Source: Opitutales bacterium
GTDB taxonomy: Bacteria > Verrucomicrobiota > Verrucomicrobiia > Opitutales > UBA2987
Direction of reading: 5' to 3'
NCBI GenBank assembly: GCA_965226885.1
Contig: CBDDEL010000012.1
Coordinates: 128,001-192,000, forward strand
Length of the DNA: 64,000 nucleotides
Position numbers and translations under genes: made by a program. Each line of letters starts with the position of its first letter. Within the stretch, counting starts at the first letter, position 1. Below, in pieces: positions 50,804 through 60,674 of the stretch. The notes below the pieces were generated by a model. It worked only from the letters and a program-made list of their open reading frames with translations, made no database searches and was not told the DNA's origin.

Positions 50804-51802
50804 TTAATGGGTGCCGATGAAGGCGCCGCCGTGCTGGTAGGTGAGTTCCCGCATGAGGTTGGCGTATTTGAGGCCGGTGCGGGTGAAATGCCGCTCGAAT
50901 TTGATGACGTGGGGAAAGCCGATGGCGTTGATCGTGATGGGTCTTTCGCCGGTCTCTTCGTCGGGACTGTTGGCGGTGTCGATACGGTTCAGGACTTTTT
51001 CCGCGGTTTGGGTGAATTCGTCCCCGAAAATGTAGATGCCGATTTTATTTTCCGGCGTTTTATCATCGCGAAAGGTGCGGATGGCCCGGAGGATGCCGGG
51101 AACGGGGTTGCTTTGGCTGTGGTGTTCGTACCTGAGGATGGCTCGATTGATGTGGTCGCGCGCGACCCGGCTGTCAGGTATCCATTGTCCGCGGCTTGAG
51201 CGGAGGATGAAATTGCCGTCGGCGTCCATGGCCTGGATGGCTTTGACAATGGGATAAATTTCCAGGGTTTCCCTGATTTTGGTGGTGACGGATCTCCAGA
51301 TTTGCCCGGTGCTGGGATCGCGCATGCTTCCGGAGGTGTCCAAAATGAAAATGATATGGTTGCTCAAGACGGGCACTCCGATGGGCAGGTCGGACTCGTT
51401 TTGGGGAATGTCCACTATTTTTTCGCGTGCGTCGATTTCCTCTTCCAGGTCGTCCACTTCGGCGATGAGTTTTTCTTTCCCGAAATCAGCCTCCTTGATC
51501 CGGTTGATCAATTCATCAATGTCCGTTTGCAGGGAGGCGATTTTTTCCTCTTTTTCTTTTTCAGTCTGTTCGTTTTGCTTAAGAATATCTTTGAGCTGCT
51601 GTTTTTTTGATTGGATGCTCTGCAGTTCCGTCATGCGCTCCTGAAAGAGTTTTTCCAGGGTGTCGCGGATATCGAAAATAACCAGCCTCTCCGAGCCCAG
51701 GGAGATGACGAACAATAGTATGACGGCCCCGAAACCGCAATTGATGACATCGAGGAATGAGAGGCTGAAGACGGAGAGATCGCGTTGTTTCTTTTTGCTC
51801 AT
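50804..51802 (-). CDS. Membrane-anchored coiled-coil + vWA domain protein
   Basis: SLSFLDVINCGFGAVILLF TM; MIDAS FILDTSGSM; ATGA coupling with the upstream gene. Confidence 0.85.
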   Translation of the reverse strand: MSKKKQRDLSVFSLSFLDVINCGFGAVILLFVISLGSERLVIFDIRDTLEKLFQERMTELQSIQSKKQQLKDILKQNEQTEKEKEEKIASLQTDIDELINRIKEADFGKEKLIAEVDDLEEEIDAREKIVDIPQNESDLPIGVPVLSNHIIFILDTSGSMRDPSTGQIWRSVTTKIRETLEIYPIVKAIQAMDADGNFILRSSRGQWIPDSRVARDHINRAILRYEHHSQSNPVPGILRAIRTFRDDKTPENKIGIYIFGDEFTQTAEKVLNRIDTANSPDEETGERPITINAIGFPHVIKFERHFTRTGLKYANLMRELTYQHGGAFIGTH

Positions 51803-52863
51803 GTCTCGGGCCAGTTTTTGGAGGGGCAAATAAAGGAGCCTTCGGTTTTCGTCGCCAGAAGCCAATAGCTGGTGGCGGCGGCGGGGTCACCGCTTAATGG
51901 CAGCATGATTGTGTTGATGGGAATGCCCAGGGGGGCCTGGCGCAAGGCGGCGTTGTACATGCGCACTCTGGACTGCTGGTCGATGATGGGCCCGGCCGGC
52001 ACCGAATCGCTCAAGGTGGGCAGGCCGTCCACAAAGAGGATGAGGTTGTCCGGCTTGGGGTTCATGCCGCCGACATGGAAAAAAGCCCGTTCCAGGTTGG
52101 CTCCGCCCCGGGGGACGACTTCCTTCATTTTCCCCAGCGCTTCGGCCATGGTTTGCCGGTCCGAGATTTCCAGCCACTCACCCGCCCTGAGCGGAATGAC
52201 AGACTCAACTTCTTTGCTGAAGAATAGTATCTGGTAGGTGGTGGGCGGTTTGAGGGCGGTCAGCATCCATTCCAGGGCCCGCATGGTCTGCTTCCATTTG
52301 GGGGCCGCTCGTTTATCATCCTCGTTGCCGGCGAGCCGTTCGATGGCCCCGTCGATAGTGTCGTCGAGCATACCGCCGGAAGCTTCCACCAGAAAGAGGA
52401 CCCGTTCGCCATCGAGCTTGAAATCGGTCAGGTATTGGCGGCGGGTGGGGTTGGGCATGGGAATGGGCACTTCTTCGGGGACGGTGGGCAGGTGTTCCAA
52501 ATCACCCAGGAGGATCTCCCGCAGCTCCTCCATTTCGGAAAGTTGAGAGAGCATGAGGCTCAGGTCCGTCGTCCTGTCGGTCAAAGTGGTGGAAAAATCA
52601 ATCTCCTTGAACTTCAACTCCTGTAATCGTTTTTTGATCTCCTCAATGGAGCTGGCTAACTGCATAAGGAGCTTTTCCTCCCCCTGGATGTCCCTGCGCA
52701 ATCGACCCAGATCTATTTCCGTGTCGGAGAGTTGGTTAACCGTATCCGCCGACTTTTTTCCGCTGGTCAGGACGAAGAGCAGAATAATGGCTCCAAACCC
52801 ACAACAGATGACATCGAGAAAGGCCATGCTGAGGGGCTGGAGCGCTTTTTTCTTCCGGGCCAT
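51799..52863 (-). CDS. Membrane-anchored coiled-coil + vWA domain protein (degenerate MIDAS)
   Basis: SMAFLDVICCGFGAIILLF TM; FLVEASGGM; FVDGLPT. Confidence 0.82.
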   Translation of the reverse strand: MARKKKALQPLSMAFLDVICCGFGAIILLFVLTSGKKSADTVNQLSDTEIDLGRLRRDIQGEEKLLMQLASSIEEIKKRLQELKFKEIDFSTTLTDRTTDLSLMLSQLSEMEELREILLGDLEHLPTVPEEVPIPMPNPTRRQYLTDFKLDGERVLFLVEASGGMLDDTIDGAIERLAGNEDDKRAAPKWKQTMRALEWMLTALKPPTTYQILFFSKEVESVIPLRAGEWLEISDRQTMAEALGKMKEVVPRGGANLERAFFHVGGMNPKPDNLILFVDGLPTLSDSVPAGPIIDQQSRVRMYNAALRQAPLGIPINTIMLPLSGDPAAATSYWLLATKTEGSFICPSKNWPET

Positions 52864-52900
52864 GGTGGATGGGGTGTTTTGGCCGTAAAATTAAGTCAGA

Positions 52901-54391
52901 TTAGCCGGCACAATGAATAAGAAGCCATTGGGCCGTCGAAGTTCCATCCTCAAGGCCGAGGGCGAGGGTGAGAAGGTCGCCCGGTTTGAGAAATTCCCCG
53001 TTGGCGGCCGGTTGGCCGTTCAGGAGGAGGACTCCATTGGTGGAATTATCCAATTGGACCCGGCCATCGGAGTGGCGCGTGAGGGAGAAGCCCTCGGGAC
53101 AATTCTCAAAGGTTTCGCCGAGGTTAAAGCCGGACTGGCTGATGCGGCGCCCGATGCCGCCACAAACCACATGGGTGGGCGCCATTTCCCCCCCGGCCTC
53201 ATTATTTTTTTTGCTCGAAGGGACGGTAATATTATCGTCCGAAGGCTCCCTATTCATCTTTTCGCTGGCCGGGGCTAATCCCAATTGGTCGAGGTCGATG
53301 GCGGAAGTGATGCTCGCTTCCTCCAGGTTCTTGAATACCGAGGCGGTTTTGCCGATGAGGGCGGCTCCGCGAGCGGCCGAGCCAAATTCGGTTACGGTGA
53401 TGGAACAATCGATGGCGGATGCGATTTTTTCCGCGAGGCCCGGAATCTTGGCGGCCCGCTCACTGAAAATGAAGGGAATGCTTTTTATTTCCTCCGCAGT
53501 CCAGGATTCTTTGACGACTTTTCCCATTATCTGGGCCAGAGATTCGGTAACCGGTTCGAGGTATTTGGCCGCCATGTCTCGATAAACGGACATTTTCCTC
53601 GATCGCTTGAAGCTTTCCATCTCAATGGTGGCTTCTTCCCGATCCTTGAACCATTCCAGCAGGTTTTGAGTCTGGTTGTAGAATAGCTGTTCCGTTTTGG
53701 CTTCGTGGGTGACGTCGAAAGCGGTTTGGCTGAGAAAACTGTTGGCCAGTTTGGGGTTAAGTTCAGCAAAAATGTGGTGGAACCCGATGGGTGCGGTGGC
53801 CAGCCGGACGCTCCGCAGCAGGGGTTTCAACTGCAGGATGCTGAAGAAGGTGGACCGGGCATGGACATCTATATGGAAGGCCGTTGAGGCCCCGGCCCCG
53901 ATGCCGAGCGGTTTTATTTCCGCCGCCAGAGAGGCGCAGGCCATATCGACAATACCGGCCAGGGGGATGTTCAAGTCCTGCGTGAGTCCCAGAATGAGGC
54001 CGATTTTTTCATCATCGCCATCTTCCCCGGCGAGGTAATTGCCGGGCAGGGCGAATACCACTTTGCCCACCGGTCCGCCGGCCTGAATGTGCTTCCAGAT
54101 CATGCGCAGGTGGCGGTAGGCCAGTTCGGAATAGCGGGGGGCCTTGCCCGGCACATTGAGGTCGGAGAGCCGCAGCGACAACTGGTCCCAGCATTGATCG
54201 GTGACGTAGCGCGGGTAAACCCTGGACCTGATTTGAGCCTGCCGGCCACAAATATAGCGTTCGCCATCGTAATAGACAAACCCTGGGCTTCCTGTGCTGG
54301 AAGATTCCAGTTCTATATAATGGAATTTCGATTCAGCGGCTTCTACGGCGACAAAGCCTTCATCGCAAAATTCAATGCCTATGGTTCTCAT
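52901..54391 (-). CDS. Divergent Hsp70/actin-fold protein with C-terminal FHA-like domain
   Basis: IGIEFCD, VVFALPG, AAKIPGL, AARGAAL; STNGVLLLNG...LKPGDLL. Confidence 0.6.
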   Translation of the reverse strand: MRTIGIEFCDEGFVAVEAAESKFHYIELESSSTGSPGFVYYDGERYICGRQAQIRSRVYPRYVTDQCWDQLSLRLSDLNVPGKAPRYSELAYRHLRMIWKHIQAGGPVGKVVFALPGNYLAGEDGDDEKIGLILGLTQDLNIPLAGIVDMACASLAAEIKPLGIGAGASTAFHIDVHARSTFFSILQLKPLLRSVRLATAPIGFHHIFAELNPKLANSFLSQTAFDVTHEAKTEQLFYNQTQNLLEWFKDREEATIEMESFKRSRKMSVYRDMAAKYLEPVTESLAQIMGKVVKESWTAEEIKSIPFIFSERAAKIPGLAEKIASAIDCSITVTEFGSAARGAALIGKTASVFKNLEEASITSAIDLDQLGLAPASEKMNREPSDDNITVPSSKKNNEAGGEMAPTHVVCGGIGRRISQSGFNLGETFENCPEGFSLTRHSDGRVQLDNSTNGVLLLNGQPAANGEFLKPGDLLTLALGLEDGTSTAQWLLIHCAG

Positions 54392-54405
54392 GGGGCGCCT
54401 TTAGA

Positions 54406-55284
54406 TCAGGAAAAAGTGACCTCCGTTTCTTCCTGGTAGGGAATTTTCATGACTGCGATTAATTTTTCCCGGCAGTATTCCTCGACATCAAAAATGAGGC
54501 TCTCCTGGCGGGATTGCAGCAAATGGATGAAATACATGAGGAAAATGCTTAAAACCAGAGCGACGAAGGTTGAGTTGAAAGCCAGCCCGAGAGAGTTGGT
54601 GACGCCCTGAATGTCCCCGCGGATGGCCCGGTCGGCTTGGGCGAGGGCTTCGCCGATGCCCCTGACCGTGCCGATGAACCCGACCGAGGGTATGGCCCAG
54701 GCGATGTAGCGCACTAGCGATAAATCGGAATCCAGCCGGTCCGCCTCCGACTCTGAAATCTCGCGCACAGCCTGGGAGACATCCTGGATGGAATGGGTGG
54801 AATGAAACCTGTAAAGGCCGGTTAAAATAACGGATGGCAGCAGCTTGCCGATTAAATCGGGCGTATTTTTAAGGCGCGATTCGAGGTGTTTGCAATGACT
54901 GAGGGCTTCCAGGGGAATGATACGCTCGCCGCGATCGATATCGACATAGGTTTCCCCCATGACCTTCTTCTCTTTATAAACCAGGAAGAGCTTGTAAATA
55001 ATGATCGTCATGGCCCAGGAAAGGAGCACAAAGCAGCTTTCCTGCTCATAATTTTTAAGGATGATGTAAATATTGCGCTCCGGCACGTAACCTTCCTTGC
55101 CGCTGTCCTGGTCGCGCAATACCTGCTGGGTGATGGCAATGGTTTCCGCCTGGGGCCGTATATGCAGCGTGTAAATGGCGTGAATGATCACGAAAGAGAG
55201 GACCAGACCGAGGAACTGGACAATATTTTCCCTGGAAAAAAGCGTGTATTTTATATTTTTATTGGACATCTCATTTCTCTGCAA
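54406..55284 (-). CDS. MotA/TolQ/ExbB proton-channel family protein
   Basis: AIPSVGFIGTVRGI...LGLAFNSTFVAL. Confidence 0.9.
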   Translation of the reverse strand: MQRNEMSNKNIKYTLFSRENIVQFLGLVLSFVIIHAIYTLHIRPQAETIAITQQVLRDQDSGKEGYVPERNIYIILKNYEQESCFVLLSWAMTIIIYKLFLVYKEKKVMGETYVDIDRGERIIPLEALSHCKHLESRLKNTPDLIGKLLPSVILTGLYRFHSTHSIQDVSQAVREISESEADRLDSDLSLVRYIAWAIPSVGFIGTVRGIGEALAQADRAIRGDIQGVTNSLGLAFNSTFVALVLSIFLMYFIHLLQSRQESLIFDVEEYCREKLIAVMKIPYQEETEVTFS

Positions 55285-55714
55285 CCGATGAGCCGATTCT
55301 ATGGGTTACATTAATTAGAAAACCCGGAGGGCTTTTTATTTCCAAAAGGTATATTCCGGGTAGACTCTTGGCTTACGATTATTTTCCATGTTTAAATATT
55401 GTTATATAGAATAATACCGGACAAACTGAAATTGTTGCAAAATCAGGCAAAAAAAAAGGAAACGATGGGCAGCGCAACCATCCTTCTGACTTGGCAAAAG
55501 TGGAATACCCTTTTGTTTGCGGCTCGCAATGCTGGATGGATACCTCAAAATATTTTAAATTGGAAAAATCCCCTTAGAATCCATATTTTTTGTGCCCAGA
55601 TGCAAATATTACACTTTTCCATACCAAATCGGGAAGAAATCCGCTTGCAAAATACTCTATAAACTGTATAAAAGTTAAGGCCGCAACAGATATTTTTAGA
55701 TCAAGCTCATCAAT

Positions 55715-56284
55715 ATGAAATACAATACCTGCATTAACAAACTATTGGCCGGCTCGCTGGTCGCGCCTTTAATCTTTTTGAGCGGGTGCCAAACCAGCTC
55801 GCACACGACCAAGGGGGCCACCACCACCGCCGTGGCGGGCGGCGTCGCGGGCGGCATTATCGGGCACCAGAGCGGAGAAACCGGAGAGGGCATCATAATC
55901 GGTGCGCTCGGCGGGGCAGTCATCGGTGGGCTCATAGGAGCCGCCAAGGACGCCAAGGAAGCCCGTGAGCAGGAGCAAATTGCCCAGGAACGCGCCTACC
56001 AGCAGGAAATCGCCAAAATGCGCGAAATGGCCGCTCGCGAGGCCGCCACCCGCGAGGAGGAGCTGGCAATCGCCGAGGGTATGCGTATTACCGAGCGCGA
56101 ATTGATCGAGGCGGAGGATAAAGCCAAAGTGGCCGAAGCGCGCCTGAAAAAACTGCAAGCGGAACTGGCGACGGCCAAAAACAAGTCAACCTCCTTGCAG
56201 GACGCGGAGAAACGCATGTCCGAGGCCGAAGATAAAATACGCGAGCTGGAAGAAAAACTGAAAGAACTTAAAGGAGATGAGTGA
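55715..56284 (+). CDS. Glycine-zipper lipoprotein with coiled-coil tail
   Basis: Lipobox LSGC; GGVAGGIIG...GALGGAVIGGLIG. Confidence 0.8.
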   Translation: MKYNTCINKLLAGSLVAPLIFLSGCQTSSHTTKGATTTAVAGGVAGGIIGHQSGETGEGIIIGALGGAVIGGLIGAAKDAKEAREQEQIAQERAYQQEIAKMREMAAREAATREEELAIAEGMRITERELIEAEDKAKVAEARLKKLQAELATAKNKSTSLQDAEKRMSEAEDKIRELEEKLKELKGDE

Positions 56285-56370
56285 AGTCCGCCCACCCATT
56301 CAATCCCATTAAATCTCATTTAATTTATTTGTCCTAATCGTATCATAAAACTCTCAATCAGGAGGTCGCC

Positions 56371-57093
56371 ATGAATGGCATCCAGAAAATCCATCGCATA
56401 ATATTCATCTTTATTTCTGCCTTTTTTCTTGGTGGGTGCGCCTCGACCTATTCTTTTAAAGTGGATGCCATTAATAACCCGGAGGCCACCGAGTACCAAT
56501 CCTACAAAATTGTCAGTTCAAACCCGGAGGTGAGCGAGGAGGACTTGCAATTCAAGGAAGTGGCCGAATACGTCAAAACCTCCCTTTCCGGCAAAGGCCT
56601 CTACGAAGCGCCGGATATTGAAAGCGCTGACGCTGACATGATTGTGGATATTTCCTATGGCATCAGCGAACCGCAGGTCGATTTCAAAACCTACACGACG
56701 CCGGTTTATGCCATGGTCGGGGGCGGTTATCGAACCGTATCGACCCCCGTTGTCGGTCCGAATGGAAAGGTGCGCATGGTCACCACTACCATTTACATCC
56801 CACCCCGCAAACAAATTGTCGGGATGGAAGAGCAGATCGTCCCCATTACCAACTATGAGAAATTTCTCCGCATGACCTCTCGTGAAAACCAGGATGCCGA
56901 CGAAAGCGAGGGCCCCGTGCAGGTTTGGAGCATTTATGTAAAAAACAAGGATGAAAGTGAAGATCTTCGAAAATACCTCCCGCTGATGGCGGCTGCGTCC
57001 GTTGATTACGTGGGGGAAAATACGGAACAGCAGCAAGAGGTAAAAATCAAGGATACCGACGAATCGGTTGCCTTCATCAAGGAGGGCATGTAA
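56371..57093 (+). CDS. Lipoprotein (DUF4136-like), paralog 1
   Basis: RBS aggagg; lipobox LGGC; clear similarity to the next gene. Confidence 0.7.
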   Translation: MNGIQKIHRIIFIFISAFFLGGCASTYSFKVDAINNPEATEYQSYKIVSSNPEVSEEDLQFKEVAEYVKTSLSGKGLYEAPDIESADADMIVDISYGISEPQVDFKTYTTPVYAMVGGGYRTVSTPVVGPNGKVRMVTTTIYIPPRKQIVGMEEQIVPITNYEKFLRMTSRENQDADESEGPVQVWSIYVKNKDESEDLRKYLPLMAAASVDYVGENTEQQQEVKIKDTDESVAFIKEGM

Positions 57094-57186
57094 TACAAGA
57101 TCGGTTGCTGCCAGCCGGCGCCGGCGCTGGCGGATAGTAAGAATATTGAGGTTAAGGCAATTTAAATGAACCACAGGAGGCTGGCC

Positions 57187-57960
57187 ATGAAACAGGACAT
57201 TGGAGCGTGTTGGATAAAGATTTCCCTGTTTTTTGCGCTTGTCTTGCAGGGCGGATGCGAAACCACTTCCCACACTTTCAAGGTTAATGCCATGAAAAAC
57301 CCGGAGGTGGAGGAAGGCAGGTCGTATCGGATTGTCAGCTCGCATACTAACACGGTCGATGAAACGGATCCTCAATTCCATGAAGTCTCCGAATATGTAA
57401 AAACCGCATTATCCGGAAAAGGCTATTACGAGGCTCCCAATGCCGAGAACGCCGACCTGATCATCAATATCGCCTATGGCACGGCCCCCCCCAATATTTC
57501 TTTCAAGACGGTTAATAACCCGGCGGCTCCCGGTTCCATCCACAACCCTATTGGCAGCAGCACCTATCCCGGCTCCCGCTATCCCAGGAGGGGTTATTCG
57601 CGCGGGGGCATTCCCCCTATAGCCGGGCCGATCGGCCAGCCTGTGCAAGCTCCTCAAAACGAAGTCGTTCCGATTACCACCTACGAGAAGTATTTGCAAA
57701 TTACGGCCATCGACAACCGCACGGGCAAAAGCCTTGAAGACTCTCCCCATGCCTGGCAGGTGACCGTAAAAAACAGGGACGAAAGCGATGACATCGATAA
57801 ATATTTGCCCCTCATGGCGGCGGCTTCCATCACTTACGTCGGCCAGAGTACGGAAAGCCAGGAAGTTATCACCCTGAAAGAGTCGGACAGGGATGTTGCC
57901 TTCGTCAAAGCGAACAGTGCAGAAATGGTCAGGGAGCAAAAAGTCTCCAAGTTTCAGTGA
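57187..57960 (+). CDS. Lipoprotein (DUF4136-like), paralog 2
   Basis: RBS aggagg; QGGC; shares FKV.A..NPE, EYVKT.LSGKG.YEAP, YLPLMAAAS. Confidence 0.7.
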   Translation: MKQDIGACWIKISLFFALVLQGGCETTSHTFKVNAMKNPEVEEGRSYRIVSSHTNTVDETDPQFHEVSEYVKTALSGKGYYEAPNAENADLIINIAYGTAPPNISFKTVNNPAAPGSIHNPIGSSTYPGSRYPRRGYSRGGIPPIAGPIGQPVQAPQNEVVPITTYEKYLQITAIDNRTGKSLEDSPHAWQVTVKNRDESDDIDKYLPLMAAASITYVGQSTESQEVITLKESDRDVAFVKANSAEMVREQKVSKFQ

Positions 57961-58077
57961 TTTCCCGTCTCACCGGAGGGGAAACTGGTTGAGGGTGCTG
58001 CAAAATATTTTAAGTTCTGCCAATGGATTTTTGCAAATGGATTTACAGGAGCGGCTGCCTGGGGTATTCATTTTTCA

Positions 58078-58482
58078 ATGAATATTTATACTCCTGAAAA
58101 TAGCCGGATTGTCCTCGAAACTGCCACTCGCGAGGTTATCGCGGAATTGGTGGGAGCTGGAATCGAGGGCACAACCGTCAACTACAGCATTGCCCATGTG
58201 AAAGTCCTGCCGGGCGGCTTGACACCGAAACACTTTCATCCCGATGTCGTCGAGACCTATTGCATCATCAATGGGCGCGGCCTCATGACACTGGACGGCG
58301 AAGAGGCGCAAGTGGGCCCCGGAGAGGTCATCCACATCAACCCGCCCAGCCACCACAAAATGGTCAACGCCTTCGAGGAAGACCTTGAAATGATCGTTGT
58401 GTGCGCCCCTTCCTGGACGCCGGATTGCACGGTTTGGCTGGAACAATGGCAGGACGGGCGTCTCGTTTCCCTGGAAACTTGA
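58078..58482 (+). CDS. Cupin-domain protein
   Basis: HFHPDVVETY..INGRG...HINPPSHH. Confidence 0.85.
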   Translation: MNIYTPENSRIVLETATREVIAELVGAGIEGTTVNYSIAHVKVLPGGLTPKHFHPDVVETYCIINGRGLMTLDGEEAQVGPGEVIHINPPSHHKMVNAFEEDLEMIVVCAPSWTPDCTVWLEQWQDGRLVSLET

Positions 58483-58511
58483 GATAGGTTCTACTGCTTG
58501 AGAAGCTGCCG

Positions 58512-59018
58512 GTGGATGAGATTTTCGATATCGTTGACGACCGTGATGAAGTGATCGGGCAGAGACCGCGCAGCGAAGTCCACCGTTTGGGACTCCGGCA
58601 CCGGGCCGTTCATATTTTGGTCTGCAACCGGCAGGGAGAGGTTTTTTTGCAAAAACGATCCATGAGCAAAGACACCCATCCCGGCACTTGGGATTCATCC
58701 GCGGCCGGTCATCTCGAAGCCGGGGAAGGTTATGATGAAGCAGCCGCCAGAGAATTGCAGGAAGAACTCGGCCTGTCACCCGGCGGTCTGCTGCAATACC
58801 TATTCAAGCTCGACGCAAGTCCCGCCACGGATGAGGAATTCTTGCAGGTTTACCGCATTGAAAATGAAGGACCCTTTACCCTGCAGGCCTCGGAAATAGT
58901 ATGTGGAGATTGGTTTTCTGCTGACAAAATCACGCAATGGATTGCGGAAAGGCCCGGCGATTTTCCCCGGGCCTTCATTCTCGTATGGAAAATTTATAAC
59001 GAACGGCAGACGCATTGA
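58512..59018 (+). CDS. NUDIX hydrolase (IDI/YfcD-like)
   Basis: LRHRAVH, LQKRSMSKD, GHLEAGEGYDEAAARELQEELG. Confidence 0.9.
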   Translation: MDEIFDIVDDRDEVIGQRPRSEVHRLGLRHRAVHILVCNRQGEVFLQKRSMSKDTHPGTWDSSAAGHLEAGEGYDEAAARELQEELGLSPGGLLQYLFKLDASPATDEEFLQVYRIENEGPFTLQASEIVCGDWFSADKITQWIAERPGDFPRAFILVWKIYNERQTH

Positions 59019-59053
59019 GCCGGAAAACAGCATCCAACATCCTGTTTCCCTCC

Positions 59054-59425
59054 CTACAATATATCCGAAGGAATCAAATCCCCATCCACAAAGCGGGGTA
59101 CGCAAAGGACGCACAGCCGGTTTCCCGAAGAGGTCTCCTCGATGACATGATGAACCCCCTTGGGGATGACGCAAAGCTCGTCCGCGCTTAATTCCTCGTT
59201 CCAGGTGCGGCCGTTTTCCGGGTTGTGGAATTTCAGCTTCACGGTGCCGTCGAGAACAAAATAGATTTCTTCAAACTTCTCGTGGTAATGCCCTTTTGTG
59301 GGCTGGCTGTTCGGTAGAACGGCCACGCTTAAGGAATCATAGTCATCGTCCGTCAGGATTTCATGAATGTTCCCGCAAGTATTGCTCGTTATGATGTGAT
59401 GGTCTTTGACTTTTTTGACAATCAT
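59054..59425 (-). CDS. Cupin-domain protein
   Basis: HYHEKFEEIYFVLDG...IPKGVHH. Confidence 0.85.
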   Translation of the reverse strand: MIVKKVKDHHIITSNTCGNIHEILTDDDYDSLSVAVLPNSQPTKGHYHEKFEEIYFVLDGTVKLKFHNPENGRTWNEELSADELCVIPKGVHHVIEETSSGNRLCVLCVPRFVDGDLIPSDIL

Positions 59426-59438
59426 TTTGGCCGCCGGT

Positions 59439-60383
59439 TTATTCCACTTCCTTCGGTTTGGTATAACTGCCCTCGTAAGGTTCACCAGTGCATTCGATTC
59501 CGCAGGTGTGCTGCAGGTTGGGAACCCGCGCTATGCATTCCAGCACGATGGGCACCGCCCCGGCGGTGATGCGTTGCACGCTGTTTTGCATGTCCTCGAA
59601 GGTGAAGGGGCGTGTGCCCACGGCAGGATTGGAGACGGAGTTGAGGAGCGCGAAATGGATTCCCAACTGTCGCGCGTAAATCGTTTCCGTGCCGACATTG
59701 TGGCTCACCCAGTCGGCCCCCATTTTGCGCATCATGCGGATTTCGGCTGGGGTCTCAAAACGGCCCGGGTCGTCCTGAATGATGACCCCGGATGTGTGGA
59801 TGCGGCCGTGATAACTCTTTTTGGCTTCTTCCATAAGCAGCCTCCGCAGGTCCGGGCAAAGGGGCACGGCAAAGTTCGGGAAAACGCCTTCTCGCACAAT
59901 GCCGGCAGCATTTAACACATTTTGCGGCCTTTGGTTGGCATAGAGGATTAAATCATCCGCGATGAGCAAGTCGTCGAAATCGTAACCGGTGTTGATGGCC
60001 CCGCCAGTGGCCCCGCCGAAGGCATGGGTGACACCCAATTGGTGCAGCGCCGCCCAGGTGGTGACAAATTCCCAACCCGTCTTCTGGTTTTCTTTTCTGC
60101 CCTCTTTCCCATGCATGCGGATATAGTAAAACGGCGTCCCCTTGTAACGCATGCGGTAAATGGGCGGGCTTTCCCCGGCCTCGGTTTGTACCGTAAAAGA
60201 GCCCTCCTCCTCCACCAAACCCTTGCCGAAATCCGGCGGGTAGCCAAAAGATGTGCCGCCCACCACCGCGATGGTGGTCTTTTCCTCGGCACCGAGATGT
60301 AACGGTATAGCCATGAAGGCCAATGCCACCAGACCCATGTGAAAAATGCAAATAAGATTTTTTTGTAGCTTCATTAATTTCAT
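59439..60383 (-). CDS. MTAP-family purine nucleoside phosphorylase with N-terminal signal peptide
   Basis: IAVVGGT, RMHG, PGRFETPAEIRM, ETIYARQLGI, VSNPAVG. Confidence 0.8.
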   Translation of the reverse strand: MKLMKLQKNLICIFHMGLVALAFMAIPLHLGAEEKTTIAVVGGTSFGYPPDFGKGLVEEEGSFTVQTEAGESPPIYRMRYKGTPFYYIRMHGKEGRKENQKTGWEFVTTWAALHQLGVTHAFGGATGGAINTGYDFDDLLIADDLILYANQRPQNVLNAAGIVREGVFPNFAVPLCPDLRRLLMEEAKKSYHGRIHTSGVIIQDDPGRFETPAEIRMMRKMGADWVSHNVGTETIYARQLGIHFALLNSVSNPAVGTRPFTFEDMQNSVQRITAGAVPIVLECIARVPNLQHTCGIECTGEPYEGSYTKPKEVE

Positions 60384-60674
60384 AATTTCCTCCGTGTAGG
60401 TGGAACAGCCTGATTAATTCATTTCATTTGGCAATATTTCACTTGTAACTGCCCCTGCAAAATGTAGGTAGTTGTTTTAGAGCCTATGCTTGCTTAGTTT
60501 TTTCTATCTAAAATTATTGATTTGGAACGTTCCCCGATGAACGTGCCTAATATTGTCGGCTATGCCATTATCGAGATGGGGCCGAAAATTTGTTTTGATT
60601 TCACCTGAACGACTAATGTGTCGTTATTCCAGGTGAATTTAGCCGTTTTAAAAAATACCAAGCATAAGCATAAA

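Noticed and set aside
60660..60671. aagcat x2 (and gtat x2 near 48703) as further duplications
   Set aside because: Short, intergenic and without a reference copy to polarise; compatible with chance.
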